Numbered from the stretch's first letter, positions 21,806-35,502 are shown. The stretch is DNA of 64,000 nucleotides from an uncultured Planctomycetota bacterium (GCA_963849325.1 CAWKHF010000002.1:608001-672000); one strand, 5' to 3'. Notes: a model not told the origin generated them from the sequence alone. Translations and numbers: made by a program.

Positions 21806-23849
21806 CGTTTCTACGCGCCGAGACTTCGTATCCGATGGTGATGTGCCTGCGTCCGGTGGCCGTGCAGGCCGGCCAAACCACGGAATGCGAGGTGATGGCT
21901 CGCTACAACCTGCACGGAGCGTACCAGGTCTTCGTCACCGGCGAAGGGGTGACGGCGACCGTGGCGCCGTCGCAGACGCCGCCCAAAACGGGTACGACGA
22001 AGCGACAAACGAGCACCCTTAAGGTCCGTTTCCAGGCCGCCCGCCGAAGCGCTGCTCGGCGTGCGCGACGTGCGCGTCGCCACGCCGCAAGGCGCCTCCA
22101 CGCTGGGACAGATCGTCGTGGTGCGCGATCCCATCGTTCGGGAGGCGGCCAATAACGATACGCTGCAAACGGCCCAGGCGATCGCCTTGCCGGCGACCGT
22201 TTGCGGCGCCATCGAAAAGCGCGAGGACGTGGACTTCTACAAGTTCAAGGTCGCGGCCGGCACGGCGCTGACGTTTCACGTGCGCTGTCAGCGCCTGGAG
22301 AACCGCATTCACGACTTGCAGGAGCACGCCGATCCCATCCTCAGTCTGCGCAACTCCGTCGGCACCGTGCTGGCGTCGAACGACAATTTCTTTTTCGGCG
22401 ATCCACTCCTGCACTATCGCTTCGCGTCGGCCGGCGAGTATTACCTGGAGGTCCGCGACACGCGCTACGGCGGCAACCCCTACTGGCAATATTGCATCGA
22501 GATCAACGATCGGCCCTTTGTCACCAACGTCCACCCCATGCACGTGACGCCCGGCCGCACGACGCGGCTGCGCCTGATGGGCCACAACCTGCCGGCCGAG
22601 CCGTTCGCCTCGCTGACGCTGCCGGCCGAGACGCCGGAGGGGCCGCAATGGGTCCTGTTGCCGCTGGGCCAAGACAAGAGCAACGCGGTGCCTGTCGTCG
22701 TCAGCCGCGCGCCGGCGGTCGTCGAGAGCGGAGAGCGAACATGCGACGCCGGCGACGGCGCAGCCGATCGCGGTCCCCTGCGGCGTCAGCGGCTGCATCG
22801 CCCGAGAGGACGAGACGGATTGCTACTCCTTCGAGGCCAGGGCCGGCGAGCGCTTCACCATTGCCGTCCTCGCCCGCGCGCATCAGTCGGCGCTCGATTC
22901 CCTCGTGCGCATCGTCAACGCCAAGGGGCAGAGTCTCGTCGAGAACGACGACGCGCGCGACCGCTACGTCCATGCCGATTCGCTGATCGAGAACTGGGCG
23001 GCGCCGACGACGGGGCGTTACACCATCGAGGTCCGCGATCTACACGCGCGCGGCGGTGAGGAGTTCGTCTACTTCCTGAAAGTCGTCCGCAGCGAACCGC
23101 ACTTCCAGCTGGAGATCGACACGGACAAGACGCTGCTGGCCCCCGGCCTGGCGAGTGTGATCTTCGTTCGCGCCGTGCGGAAGAACGGCTTCGCCGGCGA
23201 AATCCAGCTGGGCGTCGAGGGACTGCCGTCGGGAGTCACGGCCCATTGCGGGCGCATCCTCGCCGATGGAAAAGACGGCTGCCTCATCGTCCAGGCCGCC
23301 CCGGATGCCAAGCCGACTGCGGCCAACCTGCGCGTCTTCGGCACCGCGCCGTTGCCGGACGGCAAGGGCAAGCTGGCAGCGACGGCCCGGCCGCTCCAGG
23401 AGATCTACATGCCCGGCGGCGGACGCTTTCACTACCCCGCCGACATGCACACGCTGTCCATCAGTGACTCACTCGATCTGAAATCGGTAAAGATCAGCCC
23501 GGCGTCGATCACGCTTCGGCCGGGCGAGTCGAAACGGATTGACGTCACGATCGAACGCAGTCCCGGCTTCAAGGGCAACGTCACGCTCGACACGGTGTAT
23601 CAGCACCTCAGCAGCGTTTACGGCAGCAGCATGCCGCCGGGCGTGCGCATCGACGACCGGGCCAGTCAGACGCTGTTGACCGGCGGGCAGACGAAGGGCC
23701 ACATCACCCTGAAGGCGGCGGCGGACGCCAGGCCGGTCGAGAAGCAGCAGGTGCCGATCATGGCCCACGTCTCCATCAATTTCGCGATGAAGTGGACGTT
23801 TTGCGGCGAACCGCTGCTCATCACCGTCGCCAATCCCGCCGTCAAGTAA
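21714..23849 (+). CDS. Secreted PPC (pre-peptidase C-terminal) domain protein, usual partner of DUF1549/1553 (frameshifted)
   Basis: ENNDT-like motif, EDVDFYKF, ADPIL, NDN, GEYYLEVRD, ENDD, GRYTIEVRD; start is uncertain. Confidence 0.8.
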
Positions 23850-23862
23850 GAGGCACGAACAA

Positions 23863-23974
23863 AATGCATTTTTGACCACGGATAACACGGATAACACGGA
23901 TAAAGAAAAACCAGAACGCTTCTGGTGTTTTAATATATCCGTGTTATCCGTGTTATCCGTGGTCAAAGTGCATT
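23863..23974. repeat. Long-loop inverted repeat with 9-bp periodic arms (CACGGATAA type)
   Basis: ttgaccacggataacacggataacacggata ... tatccgtgttatccgtgttatccgtggtcaa, between convergent genes. Confidence 0.9.
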
Positions 23975-24001
23975 CGGTTCGTGACCCGAATGCGCGGACA
24001 A

Positions 24002-24670
24002 TCAAAGTTTCGGCGTGTTGCGCAGGAGTTGAGCGGCGCGTTCGTCCAGGTCCGCCAGGGCGCGGTAGGCGCGAGCGCGGCCCTCATAGGCGTCCGCAGT
24101 CGGGTTGGTTTCGACGGCGCGACTGAACGCCTCGACGGCCTTGGGATATTCCTCGTGTTGCAGGTGCATTTCGCCGATGAGGCAACCGACATCGGCCGCC
24201 GTCCCTTGCGGCAGCGCCGGAACGCCGTTGGACTCGGACGCCTGTTCCGCCGCGCCGTCCTCCTCGTGATAATCGCGGTACTTCTGACGGAGTATCTCGC
24301 CCACGCGGGAGAACGTGACCTTGCGGTGCTTCAGACCGCGCAGGGCCGTCTCGCCTCCGCGCACGAAGGCGAAGAGACGATACAGGTCGGGGTGATTCTC
24401 GTCCAACCACTGCTCCACGTCGCAATGGGCGATGGTGTCGAACAGCTCGGCCAACTCCGGCGGCTGACGCGATTGGAGGGCTTGCAGCGCCGGCTTGTCG
24501 CCGTCGAGGGCCTTGGCCAGCAGGTACAGTCCGTCGCCTTTGTGTTTGAGCCAGCGCAAGGCCTCCGCATCACCTTCCAGGCTGCGCAGAAGGTAATAGA
24601 TTTCCGGGTCGTCCTTTTCCAGCCAGGCGAGGTCCACGACGGGCATCTTGGTTTCGCTCGTGTCCTTCAT
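24002..24670 (-). CDS. TPR-containing hypothetical protein
   Basis: C-terminal IGEMHLQHEEYPKAVEAFSRAVETNPTADAYEGRARAY. Confidence 0.75.
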   Translation of the reverse strand: MKDTSETKMPVVDLAWLEKDDPEIYYLLRSLEGDAEALRWLKHKGDGLYLLAKALDGDKPALQALQSRQPPELAELFDTIAHCDVEQWLDENHPDLYRLFAFVRGGETALRGLKHRKVTFSRVGEILRQKYRDYHEEDGAAEQASESNGVPALPQGTAADVGCLIGEMHLQHEEYPKAVEAFSRAVETNPTADAYEGRARAYRALADLDERAAQLLRNTPKL

Positions 24671-24825
24671 CGCTGCACCTCTGTTTGCTATTCATGGCGG
24701 CACGAACCAGTCTGAATAAACAACACCAAATCGCGGGGGCGTCCGTCAAGGTTTCCTGCCCCACCGGCGCCCCGAACCGGACGGCGCGGTAGAATGCCTA
24801 CCGATATGCACCCCGAGTCTCGGAG

Positions 24826-25788
24826 ATGGCCCCCATGAACCGCCGGCAGTTCCTGACCGCTTCGGCCGCCGTCACCGCCCTCGCTGCCAGCCCAGCCGAG
24901 GAGGACGCATCCGTGTTCCCCGTCGTCGATACGCATCAACACCTGTGGGATCTGGGAAAATTTCGCCTGCCGTGGCTCAAAGGCGAATCGAAGCTCGCCA
25001 AAAATCACCTGATGTCGGACTACCTGGCCGCCACCGCCAATCTCGGCCAGGTGGCCGGAGCGCCGGCGCGGATCGTCCAGACAGTTTACATGGAAGTAGA
25101 CGTGGACCCGGCCCAGCAGAGCGCCGAGGCCGAGTATGTGCTCGACCTGTGCCGTCGCGCCGATAATCCGATGGCGGCCGCCGTCGTCTCCGGCCGTCCC
25201 GCCTCCGATGGTTTCGCCAAGTACCTCGATCCGTTCAAAGGCAGTGCGTGCATCAAGGGCATTCGACAGGTGCTGCACGGAGCTGGAACGCCGGCCGGCT
25301 ACTGCCTGGACCCGAAGTTCGTCCGGGGCATTCGGCTGCTGGGCGAACACGATTTGAGCTTTGATCTGTGCATGCGTCCCGGCGAATTGCTGGATGCCGC
25401 CAAGCTGATTGACGCCTGCCCCGATACGCGCTTCATCCTCGACCACTGCGGCAACGGCGACGTGCAGGCCAGGGACCGCTCGCAGTGGGAGAAGGACATC
25501 GCCGCGGTGGCCAAACGCAAAAACGTGGTCTGCAAGGTCTCCGGCATCGTCGTAACGGCGAAACCGGAGCGCTGGACGGCGGATGAATTGGCCCCGATCG
25601 TCAAGCACACGCTGGAAGTGTTTGGCCCCGACCGCGTGATGTTCGGCGGCGACTGGCCGGTATGCACCAAGACGGCGACCTTCGCGCAGTGGTTCCAGGC
25701 GCTGGCGTCGATCGTCCGCGGCCGCGGCGCCGACGAGCAGCGCAAGCTGTTCCACGATAACGCGGTGCGGGTCTACGGCCTGGAGTGA
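24826..25788 (+). CDS. Amidohydrolase 2 family (lactonase-like) protein with Tat-like signal
   Basis: NRRQFL; VDTHQHLWD; ILDHCG; CKVSG; FGPDRVMFGGDWPV. Confidence 0.9.
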   Translation: MAPMNRRQFLTASAAVTALAASPAEEDASVFPVVDTHQHLWDLGKFRLPWLKGESKLAKNHLMSDYLAATANLGQVAGAPARIVQTVYMEVDVDPAQQSAEAEYVLDLCRRADNPMAAAVVSGRPASDGFAKYLDPFKGSACIKGIRQVLHGAGTPAGYCLDPKFVRGIRLLGEHDLSFDLCMRPGELLDAAKLIDACPDTRFILDHCGNGDVQARDRSQWEKDIAAVAKRKNVVCKVSGIVVTAKPERWTADELAPIVKHTLEVFGPDRVMFGGDWPVCTKTATFAQWFQALASIVRGRGADEQRKLFHDNAVRVYGLE

Positions 25789-25886
25789 TGACGACTGCTG
25801 AGCGGAAAAGCGTTGCTGCTCTTCCGCCGACCGCGTACCATCGATCCGTTGCCATTGAAGCCACACAAACTCCGCGAGGTACACCC

Positions 25887-28381
<2,495 letters not shown>

Positions 28382-28469
28382 CATCCTGTGATGGGCTGAG
28401 TACCCCGCCTGATGGCTCGATCTCGGAGCGTACAATGAGTAGAGGCGAATCATCAGGCGGAGGAGCTTC

Positions 28470-29198
28470 ATGCTCGATTTGCATTGTCACATTCTTCCGG
28501 AGATCGATGACGGGGCGGCCTCGTTGGACGAAGCCCTCTCCATGGCTCGTTTTTGTGTGAGAGACGGCATTACCCACATCACGGCGACGCCGCACTGTCA
28601 CCGTCACTTGCGGATGCTGCGGGCCGACATCCTGCCGCACGTCGCCCGCTTCAACGACGAGCTTCGCCGGGCGGAGATCGCGCTGACCGTCCTCCCCGGC
28701 GCGGAGATCCAGGTTTTCGATAGTGCCGTCTATCGGCGCGACTTCGAGGCCGGACTGTACTGCCATCTCGGCGATGGTCGTGCTTTCACGTTGCTGGAAT
28801 TCAGCTGGGACGGGCGGCGTTATCCTTCCGACGCGGCTGAGTTGGTGCAGTGGTTGCGGGAACAGGGAATGAGGCCGATCATCGCTCATCCCGAACGACA
28901 CGATTTCTTCCGCGCGGAGCCGGTTCGTCTCCGGGCCTTGACAGACGCAGGCGCGTGGTTGCAGGTCACGGTCGATTCGCTCTTGGGCAATCACGGAGGT
29001 GCGCCGCAGACAGCCGGAGAGCAAATGTTGTGCGATTACCCCGAGGCGGTGCTGGCGACCGACGCCCACAACCTCAAGCGATGCTCGGGGCTGTCGGCGG
29101 GGTATGACTGGGTGCGGAGACGACTGGGCCGCGAGAGGGAAGAGGATTTGCGGGCCAGGTCCCGGTTGGTCTTATCCGAATTACTGAGCGAAACCTGA
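28470..29198 (+). CDS. CpsB/CapC-family (PHP) protein-tyrosine phosphatase
   Basis: DLHCHILPEIDDG, ATPH, PGAEI, IAHPER, ATDAH. Confidence 0.9.
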   Translation: MLDLHCHILPEIDDGAASLDEALSMARFCVRDGITHITATPHCHRHLRMLRADILPHVARFNDELRRAEIALTVLPGAEIQVFDSAVYRRDFEAGLYCHLGDGRAFTLLEFSWDGRRYPSDAAELVQWLREQGMRPIIAHPERHDFFRAEPVRLRALTDAGAWLQVTVDSLLGNHGGAPQTAGEQMLCDYPEAVLATDAHNLKRCSGLSAGYDWVRRRLGREREEDLRARSRLVLSELLSET

Positions 29199-29211
29199 TG
29201 GGGGTTGGCGA

Positions 29212-30735
29212 ATGATCGAGATGCATGTTCTGCGAGGATCCGGGGTCCGCCTTGTGCTCGTTCTCACTCTGCTTTCTCTCTGCTCCAGTAGCGTCGTCGC
29301 CGAGTCGAACCAGAAACAAGCCATCGATGCACTCGTGGACCGGGCGCGGGGATTCTGGCACGTTCCCGGCGTCGCCGTCGCCATCGTCCGCGACGGCGAG
29401 TGGATTTACCTCCAGGGCCACGGCGTGCGCTCTGTCAAGGACAAGAAACCCGTCACGGCGGACACGCTTTTCCCCATCGCCTCCTGCACCAAGTCGTTCA
29501 CGACGACGGCCATGGCCATCCTCGTCGATGAGGGCAAGATGAGCTGGGACGATTCGCCGCGGAAATACGTCCCCTACTTCCACCTGTCCGACCCACTCGC
29601 CGATCGCGACGTCACCTTGCGCAACCTCGTCACCCATCGCACCGGCCTGCGCGGGCACGATCTGCTGTGGTATCGCTCGCCGTGGACGCAGGAGGAGATC
29701 ATCCGCCGCGTCGGCCGGCTGCCGTTGGATCAACCGTTCCGCACGACATTCCAGTATCAGAGCACGATGTTCACGGTCGCGGGTTTTGCCGTCGCCAACG
29801 CGGCCGGCACGTCCTGGGAAGAGTTCGTGCGGAAACGCTTGTTCGATCCGCTCGACATGAAGGCGGCCCGCTTCACCACGACCGCGGCGGCCAGGGTGGA
29901 AGACCGAGCCAGCCCCCATCGACTCAACGAACATTCGGAGCCGAAGCTCACTGAACTCTATCCGATGGAGGTGCCGGAGCCGGCGGGGTCCATCCAGGCC
30001 AACGCCCGCGACCTGAGCCAATGGCTGCGCTTCCATCTCGGCGACGGCACGGCCAACGGCAAGCGTCTCCTCTCGGCCCGCCATCTGCAAGCGACCCATA
30101 CGCCGCAGATCATGCTCGACATGGACCCTCTCGACCGCCGAATGTTCCCCGACACCAACCAGATGAGTTACGGCATGGGCTGGGTTGTTCAGGACCATAG
30201 CGGCCATCGCCTCCTTCAGCACGCTGGGGCCATCGATGGTTTCCGCTGTCATTTCGCGCTGGTCCCCGAGGCACGACTGGGTATCGCGCTGCTGTGCAAT
30301 CTGGACCAGACGCGCATGAACATCGCACTGAGCAACGGCCTGCTGGAACTACTGCTCGGTTTGCCGCACCGCGACTGGAACCAGGTCGTCTTTGAGGCGG
30401 AGCGGAAGGCTCACGCCGAGGTCGAGGAGAAGGAACGTCAGAGGCTATCCCGTCGTCATCTCCACACGCACCCTTCTCGGGAGCTGGCCGGCTACATCGG
30501 TCGTTACGAGCATCCGGCATACGGGACGGTGCGGATCGCTTTGCAAGATGGATCGCTCGTCTGGAAGTGGAACCATTTCAAGGCGGCGCTGACGCATTAT
30601 CAATACGACACGTTCACGCTGCCCATCGAGATCATGGGCGAGCCGCGCGTCGTTTTCACGCTGGATGACCGAGGGGCCGTGGCGCGCATGAAAGTGCAGG
30701 GCAGCATGGACGTGGAGTTCCGCCGCAGCCATTGA
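29212..30735 (+). CDS. Serine hydrolase (beta-lactamase family) with DUF3471-like C-terminus
   Basis: Signal peptide; SCTK (SxxK); LVTHRTG; FQYQS; HAGAIDGF; YIGRYEHPAYG. Confidence 0.9.
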   Translation: MIEMHVLRGSGVRLVLVLTLLSLCSSSVVAESNQKQAIDALVDRARGFWHVPGVAVAIVRDGEWIYLQGHGVRSVKDKKPVTADTLFPIASCTKSFTTTAMAILVDEGKMSWDDSPRKYVPYFHLSDPLADRDVTLRNLVTHRTGLRGHDLLWYRSPWTQEEIIRRVGRLPLDQPFRTTFQYQSTMFTVAGFAVANAAGTSWEEFVRKRLFDPLDMKAARFTTTAAARVEDRASPHRLNEHSEPKLTELYPMEVPEPAGSIQANARDLSQWLRFHLGDGTANGKRLLSARHLQATHTPQIMLDMDPLDRRMFPDTNQMSYGMGWVVQDHSGHRLLQHAGAIDGFRCHFALVPEARLGIALLCNLDQTRMNIALSNGLLELLLGLPHRDWNQVVFEAERKAHAEVEEKERQRLSRRHLHTHPSRELAGYIGRYEHPAYGTVRIALQDGSLVWKWNHFKAALTHYQYDTFTLPIEIMGEPRVVFTLDDRGAVARMKVQGSMDVEFRRSH

Positions 30736-30747
30736 TTCACTCGCGGC

Positions 30748-31938
30748 TCAGCCGTGTTCCTTCGGCCTTGTCTGCGCCCGCATGGCGGCGAGGACACGCG
30801 CGGCATACTCCGGGTTGCGGAAACGCAGGGCCAGGGTGCCGCGCATCGGGGAATAGCGCCCCAACTCGGCGGGTAGCTGCTTCGACAACAGCGTGCCGAG
30901 GATGAAGCCGCCGATGCCGCCGACGGCCAGGGCGGCGAGACCGATCACCAGCAGCAGCGAAGCCTCGTTCCGTCCTTCGTTCAGGGCCAGAAGCATCGCC
31001 ACTCCACCGCACAAACAGGCGCCCATCAGCATGCCGCGCATCCCGCCGCGCTGCTGTCGGTCTCGGATGGACTGCCGACAGGTTTCACAGATCGGGATCG
31101 CTACTTCCAGCGGTTGGCTCGCCGGCACAAGGATGCTCATCAGCGCCTCCCCGCGCACGGCGACGGGGAAAAGCATCGTCCGGTTGGTCCATTCGCCGCA
31201 ATCGCAGCAGTGCGGGGGAAAAGTCAATCGGGTCAGATGCACCGTGATCCAGCCGGCGGAATCGGGGACCGGGGAAACATCGTCGAGGCCGCGCGCATCG
31301 TACGCCTCGGATGGCGGCACGCCTCTCGGCAGTTGCCGCCCCAGGTGCCGGCCGAGGTGTAAAAGCAGTTCCCCCAGTTCGCCCGCCCTGACTTCGTAAC
31401 GTGCCGGCAACACCACGGTATCGGAGGAGATGAACAACCACTGCCGCGTCTTGACCTGCGCCCCGTGAGCGATCGGTGTCTCGTCGCGGCGCAGCTCAAT
31501 GAAGGGCACGGACTCCGCCGCCACCGGCAGCGTCAGCCCGACGCGCGGACTGTCGGCGTCCGGCACGAACGCATGTCCATCGACGTTGAAGACCGCCCAG
31601 GGACACCATACCGTTGTATCTCGGTACTTCAGCTCGACCCCTTCGGGGCGCAGCACGAGCGAATGGCCGCGCATCGTCAGCGACCAGCCCAGCCAGACGC
31701 TTGCTCCGAGGAGTAGACCGACCCCCAGCGCCAGCCGTTCGCCGTCGCCCTGGCCGGTGATGACGCACGACAGCAGGAAGGCGGCGCCGCCGAAGCCGAA
31801 CAGAAAGGCCAGGCCGTACATCTGTCGCGCTCCGATCGTCACCGGGCCTTGCGCCAGGTAAGCACGCGGATCGTGCAGCAACTCTTCCAGGTCGGGCAGG
31901 AAGCGCGTCAGGGATTGTCCCGCGGGCAGCACACTCAT
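30748..31938 (-). CDS. Hypothetical membrane protein
   Basis: 396-aa ORF with two pairs of TM segments and CxxC pairs (CCDC, CETC). Confidence 0.7.
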   Translation of the reverse strand: MSVLPAGQSLTRFLPDLEELLHDPRAYLAQGPVTIGARQMYGLAFLFGFGGAAFLLSCVITGQGDGERLALGVGLLLGASVWLGWSLTMRGHSLVLRPEGVELKYRDTTVWCPWAVFNVDGHAFVPDADSPRVGLTLPVAAESVPFIELRRDETPIAHGAQVKTRQWLFISSDTVVLPARYEVRAGELGELLLHLGRHLGRQLPRGVPPSEAYDARGLDDVSPVPDSAGWITVHLTRLTFPPHCCDCGEWTNRTMLFPVAVRGEALMSILVPASQPLEVAIPICETCRQSIRDRQQRGGMRGMLMGACLCGGVAMLLALNEGRNEASLLLVIGLAALAVGGIGGFILGTLLSKQLPAELGRYSPMRGTLALRFRNPEYAARVLAAMRAQTRPKEHG

Positions 31939-32117
31939 GCGCGAAAACCTTTACAATGCTGGAGATTGTCCGGCGAACTCCTTCAATGTGACCGATCGGG
32001 GAGGGAAGTCAACTTCGATTCGCGGACGCGCGTGTGGCAAACCCTGTGAAGTTCCGCTCGCGGATGCGGTTGACTCGGAAGGATGTTCCCCTCCCTGTGG
32101 TTGTGGAGTTGCTCTCC

Positions 32118-33620
32118 ATGTCTTTGCAATGGCCCGACCTCTGGCGCTGGCGCGGCAGAATCGACCGGACACCCTATCTGCTCGCCGGCACGGGACTTCT
32201 TGTCCTCAAGTATGCTCTCGATGGATTGACGGTCAACGTGCTGTTCGGCCGTCCCTGGTCGCCGCTCGATTATTTCGTGTTCCCCGTGCAGACGAACCGC
32301 GTTTCCGCGATGGGCGCGGAGGATCGCTGGCTCTCCGGTTTGCTGCTGGCGCAGGCGCTGCCCTTTATCTGGCTGGGTGTGCTGCTGACCGTGAAGCGTT
32401 TGCGCGCTGCGAGGCTGTCGCCGGCCCTGGTGTTGTTCTTCTTTGTGCCCCTGGTCAACCTCCTCTTTTTCCTCCTCCTCGGTCTGCTGCCGAGCCGTCG
32501 CGCACCGGCCCCACCGGAGTGGGACCAAAGTCCTGCCACCGCGGGTTTCCCGCAAGGAAACGAGCGCTTCGCGCGAGTCTACGAGGACTATCAGCACAGC
32601 GAAAGCTGGCGTCGCTTGCTCTCGGCCCACGAGCGCATCACGGGCGGCAGCGCCTGGGTCAGTGGGGCTGTGTCGCTGGGGATCAGCGTGCCGGTAATGG
32701 TGGCGTTCGTGGCCTTCAGCACGTCGGGCCTGGGCCATTATGGATGGGGACTGTTCGTCGGCGGGCCGTTCTGCCTGGGACTGGGATCGGTGGTGCTGTT
32801 CGGACTGGCCCGGCCGCGGAGCTTTGGCGCCTGCATGGCCGTCGCCGCGACCGCCTCCGCCCTTGTCGGCGTTGTCGTGTTGGCCATCGCCCTGGAGGGC
32901 GCCATTTGCCTCATCATGGCAGCGCCAATCGGCTTTTTCCTCACCTTCCTGGGCGCACTGGTCGGCTACGCCATTCAGGTTCGGCCCTGGAGCATGCACG
33001 AGAACCCGACGATCCTGATGTCGTTACTCTTCATTCTGCCCGCTCTGACGGCGGCCGAAGCCGCCGCGCCCGGAGGGCCGCCGCTGCGCGAAGTGCGTTC
33101 CGAGGTGGACATCGACGCGCCGCCCGGTCTCGTCTGGCGGCAGGTGATCGCCTTCCCCGATTTGCCCCCGGCGGACGAATGGCTGTTTCGCGCCGGCGTC
33201 GCCTGTCCGCTGCGCGCGGAGATCCACGGTCGAGGCCCCGGCGCGGTGCGTCACTGCATCTTTTCCACCGGGGCGTTCGTCGAGCCGATTGAGGTGTGGG
33301 ACGAGCCGCGCTTGCTGCGCTTCGCCGTGACCGAGCAGCCCGAACCGATGCGCGAGTGGAGTCCGTTCGACATCCATCCGCCGCACCTGGATCATTACCT
33401 CGTCAGCCGCCGCGGCCAGTTCCGTCTGACCGCTCTGCCGGATGGCCGGACGCGCCTGGAAGGCACCACCTGGTACAGCAATCGCATGTGGCCGGCCGCC
33501 TACTGGCAACTGTGGTCAGACGCCATCATTCATCGCATCCATCTGCGCGTCCTGCGGCATATCCAGGGATTGGCGGAAGCGCGCAAGGCGGAGTTGAGAG
33601 AGGGAGATAGGTCAGAGTGA
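32118..33620 (+). CDS. Multi-pass membrane protein (DUF805-like N-terminus) with C-terminal SRPBCC-like domain
   Basis: WRGRIDRTPY, KRLR; EGAICLIMAAP; VDIDAPPGLVW, FVEPIEVWDEP, HPPHL. Confidence 0.8.
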   Translation: MSLQWPDLWRWRGRIDRTPYLLAGTGLLVLKYALDGLTVNVLFGRPWSPLDYFVFPVQTNRVSAMGAEDRWLSGLLLAQALPFIWLGVLLTVKRLRAARLSPALVLFFFVPLVNLLFFLLLGLLPSRRAPAPPEWDQSPATAGFPQGNERFARVYEDYQHSESWRRLLSAHERITGGSAWVSGAVSLGISVPVMVAFVAFSTSGLGHYGWGLFVGGPFCLGLGSVVLFGLARPRSFGACMAVAATASALVGVVVLAIALEGAICLIMAAPIGFFLTFLGALVGYAIQVRPWSMHENPTILMSLLFILPALTAAEAAAPGGPPLREVRSEVDIDAPPGLVWRQVIAFPDLPPADEWLFRAGVACPLRAEIHGRGPGAVRHCIFSTGAFVEPIEVWDEPRLLRFAVTEQPEPMREWSPFDIHPPHLDHYLVSRRGQFRLTALPDGRTRLEGTTWYSNRMWPAAYWQLWSDAIIHRIHLRVLRHIQGLAEARKAELREGDRSE

Positions 33621-34750
33621 GTACGGAGTCTTATTTCGCCACCTGTGGGCGCGGCATCGAGCCGGTGCTGGCCGAGGAGCTGCGCGGCCTGGGGGCAACG
33701 CGCGTCGAGCCGGGTCGCGGAGGCGTCCACTTCGGCGGCGATCTCGCTCTGCTGTACCAGGCCAATCTCTGGTTGCGCACTGCCATCCGCGTGCTTCGGC
33801 CCATCCTCGAAGTGAAAGTGACCTCGCCCGATGAACTCTACGATGCCGTCCGCTCGCTCGATTGGTCGCACTTTCTGACGCCGGAGCACACGCTGGCCGT
33901 GGATTGCAACGTCCGCGATTCGCACATCACGCACTCGAAGTACGCCGCCCTGCGCGTCAAGGACGCCATCTGCGATCAGTTCGTCGAACGCTGCGGCAAA
34001 CGACCGAGCGTCGATGTGGACGAGCCGATGGTCGGCCTCAACCTGCACATTTACCGCGATCAGGGGGTGTTGAGCCTCGATAGTTCCGGCGAATCGCTGC
34101 ACAAGCGCGGCTATCGTCCGATTCAGACGCGCGCTCCGCTCAACGAAGCGTTGGCGGCGGCGCTGGTGCTTCTGACCGGCTGGCGCGGCGAACGGCCGTT
34201 CGCCGATCCGTTGTGCGGCTCCGGGACGCTGGCCATCGAAGCGGCGTGGCTCGCCCTGCAACGCCCACCCGGTCTGACGCGCAAGCGTTTCGGTTTCCAG
34301 GGCTGGATGGATTTCGACGTGGAGCTGTGGACATCGCTGCGCGACGAGGCGCGGCGCGGCGTCGGCCGGACGCTGCCGGCGCCGATCCTCGCTTCCGACG
34401 TGCGCGGCGACGCCGTGTCGTTCGCCATCAACAACGCCCGCGCCGCCGGCATCGGCCATCTACTGCGCTTCGACAAGCGCGACGTGGCCGACTTTCAGCC
34501 GCCCGACGGACCGCCCGGCATCATTCTGTGCAACCCGCCCTACGGCGAACGCATCGGCGAGGAAAAAGACCTGTATGGGCTGTATCGTTTGCTCGGCGAA
34601 GTGTTCGCCCGGCGCTGCGTCGGCTGGACGGCCTACGTGTTCACGGGCAATCCGCGCCTGGCGAATGCCATCGGCTTGACAGCGGCAGCGGAGATACCGC
34701 TGTTCAACGGGAAAATCCCGTGCCGGCTGCTGAAGTTTGAGCCGGATTAA
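33617..34750 (+). CDS. THUMP-domain RNA methyltransferase (RlmL/YpsC-like)
   Basis: ANLWLRTA, SLHKRGYR, APLNEALAA, DPLCGSGT, NPPYGER. Confidence 0.92.
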   Translation: MSTESYFATCGRGIEPVLAEELRGLGATRVEPGRGGVHFGGDLALLYQANLWLRTAIRVLRPILEVKVTSPDELYDAVRSLDWSHFLTPEHTLAVDCNVRDSHITHSKYAALRVKDAICDQFVERCGKRPSVDVDEPMVGLNLHIYRDQGVLSLDSSGESLHKRGYRPIQTRAPLNEALAAALVLLTGWRGERPFADPLCGSGTLAIEAAWLALQRPPGLTRKRFGFQGWMDFDVELWTSLRDEARRGVGRTLPAPILASDVRGDAVSFAINNARAAGIGHLLRFDKRDVADFQPPDGPPGIILCNPPYGERIGEEKDLYGLYRLLGEVFARRCVGWTAYVFTGNPRLANAIGLTAAAEIPLFNGKIPCRLLKFEPD

Positions 34751-34843
34751 CGAGCACACGCTTCCGAATACGCCGGGAGGTTCCGATAAGTCTCTCTATA
34801 ATAACGACAAAGGCTCCCTGCTCGAACCGAAGGAGAAACTCTC

Positions 34844-35182
34844 ATGCAAACCAGCATCCCCCCCTCCATTAAGGAACGTCAAAGTCTTCATTCGGGAGTG
34901 CTGTGCGCGAACGAGATCCTGGAAGACGAGTTGGGGCCGTCCGCTGGACCCGTTGCGGCAGACTGGAGCTTGGATCAGGACGAACGGGGACGTCCCGTAC
35001 TCACCCTCCGACTTACCGATGTCAATGATTCCGCAACGGGGCGGTTCAGCCCCGAGGAACTGGCGAACCCCTCTCACTTGGGTATTCGTCTCGTTCGGCT
35101 CTGGGGAGATCTGCTGCAAGAGCGCTTACGCAAGCAGGTCCAAAAACTGCATCAACTGCTCCAGCAGGATGATGAGGGTTAA
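34844..35182 (+). CDS. Hypothetical protein (islet cargo)
   Basis: 112 aa; AAGGAG RBS upstream. Confidence 0.65.
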   Translation: MQTSIPPSIKERQSLHSGVLCANEILEDELGPSAGPVAADWSLDQDERGRPVLTLRLTDVNDSATGRFSPEELANPSHLGIRLVRLWGDLLQERLRKQVQKLHQLLQQDDEG

Positions 35183-35184
35183 CC

Positions 35185-35478
35185 GTGGCCAAGTCACAAG
35201 GAGATCTCCTCCGCGAGCTTTCGGATACGGTCGCAACTCTGGTCGAACGAGTGCATAACGCACGCGCGGAGATCGTGCGCGTCGATACGGCCCATACAAA
35301 GACAGCCGAAACCTTGGCTGAGGTCTCGAAACAGGCGGCGGTCATGGCGGAACGGCTGGGAGAATTGAAGAAAAACCTGGAGGAGTCCAGCCGGAGGCGG
35401 TGGCTGATCGTGGCAGCACTCGTCGGAAGCCTGCTCACCTTTCTGGGGAATTTGGTGCTCTTGTTCTGGCGGCGATAA
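35185..35478 (+). CDS. Coiled-coil protein with C-terminal TM helix (islet cargo)
   Basis: 97 aa; heptad-like body followed by RRRWLIVAALVGSLLTFLGNLVLLFWRR. Confidence 0.65.
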   Translation: MAKSQGDLLRELSDTVATLVERVHNARAEIVRVDTAHTKTAETLAEVSKQAAVMAERLGELKKNLEESSRRRWLIVAALVGSLLTFLGNLVLLFWRR

Positions 35479-35502
35479 TACGTCTTCCGAAACCATCATC
35501 GA

